Assembly: GCA_030651965.1 (NCBI GenBank)
Contig: JAUSBQ010000370.1
Location: forward strand, 1 to 50,258
Direction of reading: 5' to 3'
Source: Pseudolabrys sp.
GTDB taxonomy: Bacteria; Pseudomonadota; Alphaproteobacteria; Rhizobiales; Xanthobacteraceae
Length of the DNA stretch: 50,258 nucleotides
Part shown: positions 26,816 through 37,005 of the stretch, piece after piece
Layout: the number at the start of each line of letters is the position of its first letter
Position numbering within the stretch: the stretch's first letter is position 1
Position numbers and translations under genes: made by a program
The notes under the pieces: generated by a model
Told to the model about the DNA's origin: nothing
The model's database searches: none
The model's input: the letters and a program-made list of their open reading frames with translations, nothing else

Positions 26816-28639
26816 TCAAAAGCGGGCGTCCGGAAATTCGGCCGCCTCGTTGTTCAGAGATTTGACCAGCGCCAGGTGCAAGCGCGCTTTCGGCAGTTCA
26901 TTCGAAAAGAAGTAGCGGCAAGCGCGAATGCGGGCTTCGCCCACGCCGGCCGCCGCTTTTTCCTCGACCGCCATGGCCTGATCGAGCCACATCCAGGCAA
27001 CGACGACGTGGCCAAAGGCGGAGAGAAACGCCGACGCATTGTGTAGCGCCGCATCCGCGCGTTGATCACGCAGACGCGCGGCAACAGCAAGCACATCGTC
27101 CCAGGCGTCGGCGAGCGCGGTCCGCTGCCCGTCCCAGGCGCCGCCGGACGCGGCCCGTTCGATTGTCGCATCGATGCGCTGGCCCAATATTGCCAAACCC
27201 TTGCCGTCATCGCGCAGAATCTTGCGGCCGACCAAGTCGATCGCCTGAATTCCGTGCGTGCCCTCGTGAATGGGATTCAGTCTGTTGTCGCGATAGACTT
27301 GCTCGACGTCAAAATCGCGGGTGTAGCCATAGCCGCCATGGACCTGAATCGCGAGATCGTTGGCCATCAGACCGAATTCCGAAGGCCAGCTTTTCGCCAC
27401 CGGCGTCAACAGACCAAGCAGCGCACTGGCATCCTGCCGCTGAACGTCCGACGTCGCCGCCAATTCCTCGTCCACGAGCTGCGCGCAGTAAAGCACCAGC
27501 GCCAAGGCGCCTTCCGCATAGACCTTCTGCGTCAGAAGCATCCGCTTGACGTCGGCATGCTCGATGATCGGCTGTGGCAGCCGCTCGGCGTCCGTTCGGA
27601 TGACAACCGGCGACCGTCCCTGGACGCGCTCGCGCGCATAGGTGACTGAATGTGAATAGCCGCGGCAGGCCAGCGCCGCAGCGCCGACGCCGACGGCTAT
27701 GCGGGCTTCATTCATCATGCGGAACATGATGGGAAGACCCTGTTCGACATCGCCTATGCGGTATCCGATAGCACCCGCCCGACCTTCGGGCCGATGCTGC
27801 ACACCCTCGCCAAAGGCCAGCAGACAGTTCACCGTCCCGCGATAACCCATCTTGTGATTGAGGCCCGCGACCACCACGTCGTTGCGTTCACCCAGCGAGC
27901 CGTTCGACGCGGGAAGCCACTTTGGCACCACGAACAGCGAAATCCCTTTCGACCCGGATGCGATACGGCCATCGCTGCCCGCCGCCTTGGCCAGCACCAG
28001 GTGAACGATATTCTCAGCCGCATCATGGTCGCCGCCTGAAATCCACATCTTGCTGCCGAACAACCGATAGCGCGGGCCAAGCATTGGATCCGCGCCATCC
28101 ATCTCCGCCCGCGTCGTGATATCGGCAAGCGACGAACCCGCCTGTGGCTCGGACAGGCACATGGTGCCGAACCATCGCCCCTCGATCTGCGGTCTGGCGA
28201 ACGTATCGATCTGGCCGGGCGAGCCGAAACTCGCGAGCAGCCGCGCATTGGCGATCGTCAGCATGGGATAAGCCGCCGTTGCAATATTGGCGGCCATCGT
28301 CAACGCGGTCGAGGCGGTGTGGATGACGGACGGAATCTGCGCGCCACCCAGCGCTTCGTCGAACGTCGCGGCGAACATTCCGGCGTCGGCATAAGCCCGC
28401 AGCGCCGTCTTGATTTCCGGCAGGATGCGCACGCGGTCGCCATCCAGCACCGGTTCGGTGCGGTCCGATGCCTTCCAGTGCGGCGCAAAGTGTTCATCGG
28501 CAAGGCGCGCGCTGAGGTCAAGCACGGCGTCGAACGTCTCTCGGCTATGGTCGGCGAAACGCGGATGCAGCGCAAACCGCGTGATGTCGAGCCAGTCATA
28601 GAGCAGAAAATCGAGCGTGGCGCGGTCGATGAAGGACAT
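26816..28639 (-). CDS. Acyl-CoA dehydrogenase, long form (FadE5/DmdC-like)
   Basis: MCLSEPQAGS, GSKMWISGG, QVHGGYGY and IHEGT (catalytic Glu). Confidence 0.92.
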   Translation of the reverse strand: MSFIDRATLDFLLYDWLDITRFALHPRFADHSRETFDAVLDLSARLADEHFAPHWKASDRTEPVLDGDRVRILPEIKTALRAYADAGMFAATFDEALGGAQIPSVIHTASTALTMAANIATAAYPMLTIANARLLASFGSPGQIDTFARPQIEGRWFGTMCLSEPQAGSSLADITTRAEMDGADPMLGPRYRLFGSKMWISGGDHDAAENIVHLVLAKAAGSDGRIASGSKGISLFVVPKWLPASNGSLGERNDVVVAGLNHKMGYRGTVNCLLAFGEGVQHRPEGRAGAIGYRIGDVEQGLPIMFRMMNEARIAVGVGAAALACRGYSHSVTYARERVQGRSPVVIRTDAERLPQPIIEHADVKRMLLTQKVYAEGALALVLYCAQLVDEELAATSDVQRQDASALLGLLTPVAKSWPSEFGLMANDLAIQVHGGYGYTRDFDVEQVYRDNRLNPIHEGTHGIQAIDLVGRKILRDDGKGLAILGQRIDATIERAASGGAWDGQRTALADAWDDVLAVAARLRDQRADAALHNASAFLSAFGHVVVAWMWLDQAMAVEEKAAAGVGEARIRACRYFFSNELPKARLHLALVKSLNNEAAEFPDARF

Positions 28640-28686
28640 CGGCTAAAGCCCGGCCGGCGCGCACGTGAGACGTTTCGACTGCGATT

Positions 28687-29472
28687 TCAAATGACCGACG
28701 CGCCTCCGTCTACGACAAGGATCTGTCCCGAGATATGCGCGGACGCGTCCGACGCGAGCAGCAGCGCCGCGCCCTTGAGGTCGTTCGGGCCGCCCAATCG
28801 GCCACGCGGCGTGCGGGCGACCAGATCGGCTTCGAAGGTATCGAGCACTTTGCTGGTCATCTTCGATGGAAAATAACCCGGCGCGATCGCATTGACGGTG
28901 ATGCCGTAAGCGCCCCACTCCGCGGCCAGCGCGCGCGTCATGTTGATGACGCCGCCTTTGGTCGCGTTATAGGCAATCGTCGGCGGCATATGGCGCGGAT
29001 GTCCTTTTAGCCCCTCGATCGAGGCCACGTTGAGGATGCGGCCACGGCCGGCCGGAATCATGGCCCGCTTGGCGGCCGCCTGCGCCAGAAGAAACGGCGC
29101 GGTCAGGTTCAGCGCGACGAGTTTGTCCCAGGCTTCGCGCGGATGGTCTTCCGCCGGCGCGCCCCACGACGTCCCCGCATTGTTGACGAGGATGTCGAGC
29201 CTGCCGTGCCGCTCCATCACCGTGTCAACGACCGCGGCCGGCGAGCCGTCTTTGCCGAGATCCGATGCCACCGCCGAGGCGGTGATGCCACGCTGCTTGA
29301 GATGCGCCAGCGCCTCATCGAGCTCGCTTTGCTTGCGCGCCGTGATGACGATCGCCGCGCCAAACTCGCCGAGCGCTTCGGCGATCTGCAAGCCGAGCCC
29401 ACGCGAGCCGCCGGTGATCAACGCAGCCTGACCGGACAGATCGAACAGGCCCTTCAGCGAATCCGCGCTCAC
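28687..29472 (-). CDS. Short-chain dehydrogenase/reductase (gluconate 5-dehydrogenase-like)
   Basis: TGGSRGLG, NNAG and YNATK; GTG start at 29472 overlaps the upstream TGA, AGGAGG RBS. Confidence 0.9.
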   Translation of the reverse strand: MSADSLKGLFDLSGQAALITGGSRGLGLQIAEALGEFGAAIVITARKQSELDEALAHLKQRGITASAVASDLGKDGSPAAVVDTVMERHGRLDILVNNAGTSWGAPAEDHPREAWDKLVALNLTAPFLLAQAAAKRAMIPAGRGRILNVASIEGLKGHPRHMPPTIAYNATKGGVINMTRALAAEWGAYGITVNAIAPGYFPSKMTSKVLDTFEADLVARTPRGRLGGPNDLKGAALLLASDASAHISGQILVVDGGASVI

Positions 29473-30809
29473 GAAACACCTCCTGCGGCTGGCACTTTGT
29501 CCAGATCGGCAAAGCTGCGGCCGGACGCCGCGAGTTCGGCCAGCAACGGCGCCGGCGTCCAGTTTTGATCGTGCCGCGCGTGCAGCTCGACCACCGCGGC
29601 ATGGACGCGCGCCAGTCCGACGCTGTCCGCCCAATGCATCGGGCCGCCACGCGCGGCCGGGAAGCCCATGCCGTAGACGTAACAAAGATCGATATCGCCC
29701 GGCCGCGTCACGATGCCTTCGCCGAGAAGCCGCGCGCCTTCGTTGACAAGGGCATAGAGGCACCGGGTGAGGACTTCCTCGTCGGAAATCGGCCGCCTGA
29801 CGATTCCGAGGCGGTTTGACTCCGCGACGATCATCGCTTCGACGTCCGGATCGGGTTGCGCCGAGCGGGGACCGGAGGGATAGCTGTACCAGCCGGCATT
29901 GGTCTTGCTGCCGAGGCGGCCGCGCTCGACCAGCAGATCGGCGAGCCGCGAATACCGCATGTCTTTAGGCCACGTCTTGAGCTGGCGCTGCCGCACGAAC
30001 CAGGCGACGTCCTGACCCGCCATATCGAGCATGGCGCAGGGCCCCATCGCCAGACCGAACGCGGTCAGGACCCGGTCGATGTCCTGCGGCAAGGCACCCT
30101 CTTCCATCAGGCAATCGGCCTGCCGGAGATAGGGATAAAGCATCCGGTTGGCGCAGAAGCCGTCGCAAACGCCGACAGTGACGCCGACCTTGCCGACGTC
30201 GCGCGCCAGCGCCACCGCCGTCGCCAGCGTCGAGGCATCGGTCTTGGCGCCGCGAACGATTTCCAGCAGGCGCATGACATGGGCGGGACTGAAGAAATGC
30301 AGGCCAAGCACGTCCTGCGGCCGCGATGTGACCGCGGCAATCGCATCGACATCGAGCGCCGAGGTGTTGGTGGCGAGGATGGCGCCGGGTTTGGCGATGC
30401 GATCGAGACGGGTGAAGATGTCCGTCTTGACCGCCATGTCCTCGAACGCGGCGTCGATGATGAGGTCCGCGGTGGCGAGCGCGGCGAAGTCGGTCTCGCC
30501 CTCGATACGCGCCAGCCTCGTAGCGGCCTCCGCGTCGGACAGCGTCCCTTTCGTCTGCGCGCGCTGATAGACATCGCGTATTCGGCCGAGCCCCCGGCCG
30601 AGCGCCTCGCCGTCCTTCTCCACCAGCGTGACCGCAAGACCGGCATTGGCGAAAACCATCGCGATGCCGCTGCCCATGGTTCCGGCGCCGACGACACCGA
30701 CCCGCGTCACCGGACGTCGCGGCGTCGCGGCGTCGATCCCCGGGACGTGGGATGCCGCCTCTTGCGCGCGCGCTAGGTGGGTGGCTGCGTCGGACTCCGG
30801 TGGAGCCAT
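29469..30809 (-). CDS. 3-hydroxyacyl-CoA dehydrogenase (FadB/EHHADH-like, without the crotonase domain)
   Basis: GAGTMG, ATNTS and HFFSPA; two C-terminal helical domains. Confidence 0.9.
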   Translation of the reverse strand: MAPPESDAATHLARAQEAASHVPGIDAATPRRPVTRVGVVGAGTMGSGIAMVFANAGLAVTLVEKDGEALGRGLGRIRDVYQRAQTKGTLSDAEAATRLARIEGETDFAALATADLIIDAAFEDMAVKTDIFTRLDRIAKPGAILATNTSALDVDAIAAVTSRPQDVLGLHFFSPAHVMRLLEIVRGAKTDASTLATAVALARDVGKVGVTVGVCDGFCANRMLYPYLRQADCLMEEGALPQDIDRVLTAFGLAMGPCAMLDMAGQDVAWFVRQRQLKTWPKDMRYSRLADLLVERGRLGSKTNAGWYSYPSGPRSAQPDPDVEAMIVAESNRLGIVRRPISDEEVLTRCLYALVNEGARLLGEGIVTRPGDIDLCYVYGMGFPAARGGPMHWADSVGLARVHAAVVELHARHDQNWTPAPLLAELAASGRSFADLDKVPAAGGVS

Positions 30810-30868
30810 GGCTGCGATCTCCCGGTTCGTCTGGGTGACGTGTTGATGGTGTCCAAGTGGCGGTGTTG

Positions 30869-32086
30869 TTACGTCCAGATGTCAGTTTGCTTGCCGAGTT
30901 CTATGCGCGCAATCTGGTCGATGTGGACCTCGTCCGGACCGTCGGCCAATCGCAGCGTCCTGGCCAGGGCCCACCCGGCGGCCAGGCCGAAATCGTCGCA
31001 TACGCCGCCGCCGCCATGAATCTGCACGGCGCGATCCAGGACGTTCTGGGCCATCCGCGGCGCGACCACCTTGATCATGGCGATCTCGGCACGCGCCGCC
31101 TTGTTGCCGACCGTGTCCATCATGTGCGCGGCCTTGAGCGTGAGCAACCGCGCCTGATCGATTTCCATGCGGCTGAGCGCCACCGCATCACGCAGCATGC
31201 CGTGCGCGCTCATCGGCTTGCCGAAGACGTGGCGGCTTTTGGCGCGGGCGATCGCAGACTCCAGGGCGCGCTCGGCCAGACCAATGAGACGCATACAATG
31301 ATGAATACGTCCCGGCCCGAGCCGCCCCTGCGCAATCTCAAAGCCGCAACCTTCACCGAGCAGAATATTGGCTGCCGGGACACGCACATTCGCGAATGAG
31401 ACCTCCATATGACCGTGCGGCGCGTGGTCGTATCCGAATACGGATAGCGGGCGAACAACGGTAACGCCCGGCGTGTCCATCGGCACAAGAATCATCGACT
31501 GTTGCCGATACGCCTCTGCCGCTGGATCGCTCTTGCCCATAAAAATGAGAATACGGCAGCGCCGATCGCCGGCCCCCGAGGTCCACCACTTGCGGCCGTT
31601 GACGATATAGTCGTCACCGTCGCGCCGGATCGACGCCTGGATATTGCGTGCATCGGAAGACGCAACGTCGGGCTCCGTCATCGCGAATCCCGAGCGGATT
31701 TCCCCGGCCAGCAGAGGCGTGAGCCACTGCTGTTTCTGGTCCGCGCTGCCGTAGCGGACAAGAACTTCCATGTTGCCCGTATCGGGCGCCGCACAATTGA
31801 AAACTTCCGGCGCGATCGGCGACCGCCCCATGATCTCGCACAAGGGGGCATATTCGAGGTTCGTGAGCCCGGCGCCATGGTCGCTATCCGGAAGGAACAG
31901 GTTCCAAAGGCCGGCGCTCCGAGCCGCTGCCTTCATCTCTTCCATGATAGGGGGGGAGGTCCACCGGTCTTCTTGAGCGGCGTGCTGCTCCACGTAGATA
32001 CGCTCGTTCGGATAAACGAAGTCGCGCATAAACTCTTGGCAGCGCACTATTAAATTCAATGTTTTGGACGAGTAATCGAAATTCAT
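30869..32086 (-). CDS. Acyl-CoA dehydrogenase-family protein of the ACAD10/11 / LvaC type
   Basis: [38 protein letters not shown] and [10 protein letters not shown]. Confidence 0.92.
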   Translation of the reverse strand: MNFDYSSKTLNLIVRCQEFMRDFVYPNERIYVEQHAAQEDRWTSPPIMEEMKAAARSAGLWNLFLPDSDHGAGLTNLEYAPLCEIMGRSPIAPEVFNCAAPDTGNMEVLVRYGSADQKQQWLTPLLAGEIRSGFAMTEPDVASSDARNIQASIRRDGDDYIVNGRKWWTSGAGDRRCRILIFMGKSDPAAEAYRQQSMILVPMDTPGVTVVRPLSVFGYDHAPHGHMEVSFANVRVPAANILLGEGCGFEIAQGRLGPGRIHHCMRLIGLAERALESAIARAKSRHVFGKPMSAHGMLRDAVALSRMEIDQARLLTLKAAHMMDTVGNKAARAEIAMIKVVAPRMAQNVLDRAVQIHGGGGVCDDFGLAAGWALARTLRLADGPDEVHIDQIARIELGKQTDIWT

Positions 32087-32130
32087 GGCTGCCGCTCCCC
32101 CCGAAAAACATCCCTAACCAATCGCATTTT

Positions 32131-32174
32131 CTGTCCGACAGTTCAACAGTCCATTTATCCGACAGTTGTTGACA
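32131..32174. promoter_or_regulatory. Cluster of TGTC-N-GACA-type boxes; candidate FadR/GntR operators
   Basis: CTGTCCGACAG palindrome (32131-32141) plus degenerate TTATCCGACAG and TTGTTGACAG copies in a divergent promoter. Confidence 0.65.
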
Positions 32175-32217
32175 GTGCCGCGTTTGGGCCCCAGAATCTC
32201 TGCGCCAGGGAGGCCCC

Positions 32218-33264
32218 ATGAGTTTCGCAGACGTCACTGATATTCGTTCGGGTCACGAGTTCGATACCGGTCGCCTCGCCCACTATCTTACAGCACACCT
32301 CAAGGGGTTTTCCGGCAGCCTGGCGGTCCGCCAATTCCGCGGTGGCCAATCCAATCCGACTTTCTTTCTGGAGAGCGGCCCTAACAGGTACGTATTGCGG
32401 AAAAAGCCACCGGGACAATTGCTGCCCTCCGCGCACATGATCGAGCGGGAGTACCGGGTGATGCATGCGCTGCGCGATTCAGGACTCCCGGTCATGAACA
32501 CCCACCTGCTGTGCGAGGACCCGTCGGTTATCGGCACCCCCTTCTACATCATGGATTTCGTCGAAGGCCGCATCTTCCGCGATCCTGCCTTGCCCGGCCT
32601 GTCGCCTGCCGAACGCGGCGCGATTTACACCGATATGGCCGCCGTCATGGGCAAACTGCATGCGATCGACTGGCGCGCGGTCGGGCTTGAGAGTTTCGGC
32701 AAACCGGCCGGCTACCTTGTGCGCCAGATCGCACTGTGGACTCGCCAATACGAAGCCGCCAAGACCCATCCGATTCCATCGATGGACGAACTGATCGCGT
32801 GGCTTCCAGCCCATATCCCCGCCGACGAGCGAACCACGATCGCCCATGGCGACTTTCGCCTCGAGAACCTGATGTACCACCCGACCGAACCGCGCGTCAT
32901 TGGCGTGCTCGACTGGGAACTGGCGACGTTGGGACATCCGTTCGCGGATGTCGCCTATAACTGCATGATCTGGCACCTCGATCCGTCGACGCCGAATCTG
33001 GGCGGGCTCGCCGGCCGCGATCTTGCCGCGCTCGGAATTCCTTCGGAAGCCGAATACATCTCCCGCTATGCCACCAGCGCCAATATTCCCGGCATCGACA
33101 ACTATTCGTTTTTTCTCGCCTTTGCCTTTTTCCGTTTCGCGGCAATCGCGCAAGGTGTCTATGCGCGCGCCCGCGCCGGCAACGCCAGTGCGCCGAACGC
33201 ACTCCAGGTCGGTCTGCTTGCAACCCCGCTCGCAGACCTGGGCTGGAAGGCCGCGCAAAGCTGA
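32218..33264 (+). CDS. APH/choline-kinase-fold phosphotransferase of the ACAD10/11 N-terminal / LvaA type
   Basis: GGQSNPT, LRKKPPG, HGDFRLEN and LDWEL; GGAGG RBS. Confidence 0.92.
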   Translation: MSFADVTDIRSGHEFDTGRLAHYLTAHLKGFSGSLAVRQFRGGQSNPTFFLESGPNRYVLRKKPPGQLLPSAHMIEREYRVMHALRDSGLPVMNTHLLCEDPSVIGTPFYIMDFVEGRIFRDPALPGLSPAERGAIYTDMAAVMGKLHAIDWRAVGLESFGKPAGYLVRQIALWTRQYEAAKTHPIPSMDELIAWLPAHIPADERTTIAHGDFRLENLMYHPTEPRVIGVLDWELATLGHPFADVAYNCMIWHLDPSTPNLGGLAGRDLAALGIPSEAEYISRYATSANIPGIDNYSFFLAFAFFRFAAIAQGVYARARAGNASAPNALQVGLLATPLADLGWKAAQS

Positions 33265-33295
33265 ACGCGGAACGACGGGCAATCCAAAGCAACAA

Positions 33296-33319
33296 CGGCC
33301 GGGCAATGACGCCCGGCCG
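33296..33319. terminator. 9-bp stem-loop between convergent genes
   Basis: CGGCCGGGC / GCCCGGCCG, followed by TTGTTGCTTT on the minus strand. Confidence 0.6.
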
Positions 33320-33338
33320 CCGCTATTCGTAACGTCCG

Positions 33339-34529
33339 TTATTTCGCCATCTTGCAAGTGACGGCGGGCGCGACATCGGCAGCGCTGACGGTGGTCTTGA
33401 CCACCGGCCGCAATACACCATCGACCGGCTCAACAACGCCGAAGTAGTTCGGCTTGAGAAGCTGATGGTCCTCGGCTCGGATCTTGAGTTTGCCGAAGAC
33501 GGTGTCGAACTCACCACCCGACAAAGCCTTGGCCACGTCATCCGCCTTCACGCTTTTCGCCGCCTTCACGGCCTGGAAGATAACCTGCATACCGACATAG
33601 GTTTCGCCTTCGAAATTGGTCGGCGGCGTCTTGTATTTGGCCACCCAGTCTTTGGTGAAGGCCTTGTTCTGGGGGGTATCGAGCGTCGAGCTGTAGTTGA
33701 TGATCCCGAAAATGCCCTTGGCCGCATCGCCGAGAGTCTTCACCGTGCCATCGGTGGTAAAGCTGACACCGGCGACGGTGACCTTCTCGGTCAGGCCGAA
33801 CTGCTTGGCCTGCTGGGCGAAATTGACCGCGTCACGTCCGGCCAGAACAACCCAGACACCTTCGGCGCCGCTCTTCTTGACCTGTTCGATGTAAGGCGCA
33901 AAGTCGTTGATGTTCGCCGGCGTGTAGAGATCGGCGACCGTCTCCTTGCCGAGCGCCTTCACGGCTTCGTTGAACAGCTTGCCCGAACCGCGGCCCCAGG
34001 CGATATCGGCGGCCACGACCGCCCACTTCTTTTCAGAACGCTGCGCCAACCACGGCTTCACCGTCGCGGCATCCATCGCCGACTGGGTATTGACGCGGAA
34101 CACGCGCGGCACGCATTGCGTCCCGGTCAGCTCATCGGCCTTGTTGATGGTCGATACGTAAATCGAACCCCAGCGTTCCATCTGCGGCGCGATGGCAAGA
34201 CCCTCGCCCGAAGCAATCAAACCGGTGAGAATCGTATAGCCTTCAGAAACGAGCTTTTCCGACTGACGCCGCGCCAGATCGGGCTTTGCCTCGGTGTCAT
34301 ACGACTTGAACTCGACCTTGTGACCGGCGACGCCGCCCTGAGCGTTCGCCTCCTCAACCGCGAAACGCACCGCCCGCATGACCTCTTCGCCGAGAGTCGC
34401 ATAGGTCCCCGACAGATCGGTCGGCACGCCGATCTTCAGCGGATCGGCCGCATGCGCGGTGCCGGCCATAAAACCCGCCATAACGATCGCGCCCGCCGTT
34501 GCCTTCAAGTAACCGACTGAATTTGACAT
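33339..34529 (-). CDS. Branched-chain amino acid-type (LIV/HAAT) ABC substrate-binding protein
   Basis: Signal peptide, KIGVPTDLSG, NAQGGVAG and DTEAKPD; GGAGGAG RBS. Confidence 0.92.
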   Translation of the reverse strand: MSNSVGYLKATAGAIVMAGFMAGTAHAADPLKIGVPTDLSGTYATLGEEVMRAVRFAVEEANAQGGVAGHKVEFKSYDTEAKPDLARRQSEKLVSEGYTILTGLIASGEGLAIAPQMERWGSIYVSTINKADELTGTQCVPRVFRVNTQSAMDAATVKPWLAQRSEKKWAVVAADIAWGRGSGKLFNEAVKALGKETVADLYTPANINDFAPYIEQVKKSGAEGVWVVLAGRDAVNFAQQAKQFGLTEKVTVAGVSFTTDGTVKTLGDAAKGIFGIINYSSTLDTPQNKAFTKDWVAKYKTPPTNFEGETYVGMQVIFQAVKAAKSVKADDVAKALSGGEFDTVFGKLKIRAEDHQLLKPNYFGVVEPVDGVLRPVVKTTVSAADVAPAVTCKMAK

Positions 34530-34601
34530 TCCACTCCTCCATATGCGGCCGCCGCCAGGCGGCCTGTTATTGATCGATCTAACGTCGATCAGTTAGGTCC
34601 T

Positions 34602-35297
34602 TCAGATCGCAATATGACGCTGCAACTCATCGCGGCTCACGTTGAGAAGCGAACCCGATTCCGCGATGGCGCCTTTTGACAGCACGTAGAAACGCTCGGC
34701 GACGCGGTGGATCAGGCCGACGTTCTGCTCGATGAGCAGAATTCCAAGGCCGTCCTTGCCGAGACGAATCAGCAAGGCCGCAAGTTCATCGACGACGACA
34801 GGGGCGAGCCCTTCGCTCGGCTCATCCAGGATCAGGAGATCCGGGTTTGCCATCAACGCGCGACCGATCGCCAGCATCTGCTGCTGGCCACCGCTGAGCG
34901 CGAGGCCCGGACTGTTGCGGCGCTCGGCCAGGATCGGAAACAATTCTTGCACGCGCGCGACCGACCAGGGCCCGGGGCGGCGTGTCGCGGCGCCCAGCAA
35001 CAGATTCTCCTCGACGGTGAGGTTTGGAATTATCCCCCGACCCTGCAAAACAATGGAGATGCCATTCTGCGCGGCGGTGTAACCACGCAGGTTTCTAATT
35101 TTCTTGCCGCGGATTTCGACGTCGCCCTGGGCCACATGGGTCATTCCGCACAGCGTGTTGACGATCGTCGTCTTGCCGACGCCGTTGCGCCCGACCAGCG
35201 CCACCCGCTCGGAAGCCGCAATCGAGAACGTGACGCCGTTCAGGATGCGGGCGTTTCCGTAAAGCGCATGGACGTCGTGAAACCCGAGCAGCGACAT
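34602..35297 (-). CDS. ABC ATP-binding protein (LivF-like)
   Basis: GRNGVGKT, LSGGQQQMLAIGRALM and LDEPSEGLAP. Confidence 0.93.
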   Translation of the reverse strand: MSLLGFHDVHALYGNARILNGVTFSIAASERVALVGRNGVGKTTIVNTLCGMTHVAQGDVEIRGKKIRNLRGYTAAQNGISIVLQGRGIIPNLTVEENLLLGAATRRPGPWSVARVQELFPILAERRNSPGLALSGGQQQMLAIGRALMANPDLLILDEPSEGLAPVVVDELAALLIRLGKDGLGILLIEQNVGLIHRVAERFYVLSKGAIAESGSLLNVSRDELQRHIAI

Positions 35298-36004
35298 CAC
35301 GCCTCCGTTCCGAGATAGGCCGCGATAACGGTCGGGTTGGCCCTGACTTCAGCGCAGGTGCCTTCGCTTAAGGATCGCCCAAGATGCAGGACGCTGATGC
35401 GGTCGCAGATCGAGAACACGACCTGCATGTCATGTTCGACCAGCAGCACAGTCACATTCCATCGCGTCACCAGGTCCCGCAGGGTGCGGGCAAGCCCGAG
35501 AGATTCCTCCATCGTCAGCCCGGCCGCTGGCTCATCGAGCAGCAGCACGCTCGGCCGCCCCACCAGAGCGAGCGCCAGATCGAGCCGGCGCTGATCGCCG
35601 TAGCTGATCTCGCCTGCCGGCACGCCGGCAAGCGCGACCAAACCGAATTCCGACATAACCTCGTCGATTTCAGCTTCTTCGACCGCCCATGAGGCAATAC
35701 GCAATTGCTGCTCGACGGTCAGGTCGGGGAAGATGTTGGTGCGCTGGAATGAGCGCGCCATGCCGCGCTTGCGGCGTTCCTGCGGCGTCAACCGGCTGAC
35801 GTCCTCACCGTTGAGCCGCACGCTGCCGTCCCAGTTGACCGCACGACCGGAAAGCACGTCGATCAGCGTCGATTTTCCGGCGCCATTGGGCCCGATCAGA
35901 CCACGGATCTCGCCGCGCTTGACGCCGATATCGACCGCGTCCAGCGCGGTGAACCCACCGAACCGGCGCGACAGGCGGACACCTTCAATTGCAAGTTCAG
36001 TCAT
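35297..36004 (-). CDS. ABC ATP-binding protein (LivG-like)
   Basis: GPNGAGKST, ISYGDQR, LDEPAAG and VEHDM; ATGA overlap sets the start. Confidence 0.93.
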   Translation of the reverse strand: MTELAIEGVRLSRRFGGFTALDAVDIGVKRGEIRGLIGPNGAGKSTLIDVLSGRAVNWDGSVRLNGEDVSRLTPQERRKRGMARSFQRTNIFPDLTVEQQLRIASWAVEEAEIDEVMSEFGLVALAGVPAGEISYGDQRRLDLALALVGRPSVLLLDEPAAGLTMEESLGLARTLRDLVTRWNVTVLLVEHDMQVVFSICDRISVLHLGRSLSEGTCAEVRANPTVIAAYLGTEA

Positions 36005-37005
36005 CGCCGTTGCCTCCGTCGCCACTGCTTGACGGCAAGGCCGATAATGCCCTGCGGCATGGTGAGCGTGACGACGACGAGAATCCCGCCGACGATCGCC
36101 GGCCAATATTCGGCGAACTGACCAGCGACGTCTTTGATATAGAAAAGGACGACGGCGCCGACGGCGGGCCCGATGACAAACTTGGCGCCGCCGATGATCG
36201 ACATGATCAAGGCAAAACCGGACAAGCTCCAATGGAACATCTGCGGCGCGATGTATCCGTTGTAGACGGCCTGAAGCACACCGGCGATGGCGGCGACGAA
36301 CGCGGCGATGGCGTAGACCAAAGCGGGGGGCACCGTCGTCGAATAGCCGATGAAGCGGGCGCGCTCCTCGTTATCGCGAATCGCGGCCGCGATCTGACCG
36401 GTTCGGCTGCGCGTAAACAGCGTGAGCGAGACCAGAACCAGCACGAGAATCGACCAGGCCAAAACGACCATGACGCCGGGGTCCTGCAAGCGGCTGGCCG
36501 AAAAACCGAAGAATTTCGACGGCAACGTGAATGACATGCCATCGTCGCCCATGGCCAGTTCGCGCCAGCGGAAGGCGACTTCGTAGAATGCCTGCCCCAC
36601 CGCGAGGGTCAGCATGGCGTGAGCAACGCCGGTCACGCGGGCGACAACGAGGCCGAGAAGGAAGGCGGCCAATGTCGGGATCGCGAGCGCGAGCAGTAGC
36701 GCCAACTCGGGACCGGCGAGATTCCGCGCTACCAGAATGCCGAATGCATAGCCACCCAGCCCGAAAAATGCCGCCTGGCCAAAACTGACACGTCCATTCT
36801 GCAGGAAGAGAAAACCGACACTGGTTGCCAGCAATGCATCGAACAAGGCCTGCGCCAGCAAAGACAGTGTGATCTTGGCAAAGCCAATCCACGGCAGAAC
36901 AAAACCCGCCACCAACGCCGCCGCGCCGATCAGCAACACGACCAGCGCTTTGTTCGCCGTTCGCGGCCTCGACGGAGCGAGCGTACCCTGCGCGGTGGGG
37001 TTCAT
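36001..37005 (-). CDS. ABC permease (LivM-like)
   Basis: VSFGQAAFFG, MLTLA and IRDNEERA; ATGA overlap. Confidence 0.9.
   Translation of the reverse strand: MNPTAQGTLAPSRPRTANKALVVLLIGAAALVAGFVLPWIGFAKITLSLLAQALFDALLATSVGFLFLQNGRVSFGQAAFFGLGGYAFGILVARNLAGPELALLLALAIPTLAAFLLGLVVARVTGVAHAMLTLAVGQAFYEVAFRWRELAMGDDGMSFTLPSKFFGFSASRLQDPGVMVVLAWSILVLVLVSLTLFTRSRTGQIAAAIRDNEERARFIGYSTTVPPALVYAIAAFVAAIAGVLQAVYNGYIAPQMFHWSLSGFALIMSIIGGAKFVIGPAVGAVVLFYIKDVAGQFAEYWPAIVGGILVVVTLTMPQGIIGLAVKQWRRRQRR

Noticed and set aside
32218-33264. Aminoglycoside resistance kinase
   Set aside because: Motifs and context match the ACAD10/11/LvaA metabolic subfamily
34570-34591. FNR/FixK box
   Set aside because: The half-sites are not separated by the required 4 nt (TTGAT-N4-ATCAA)
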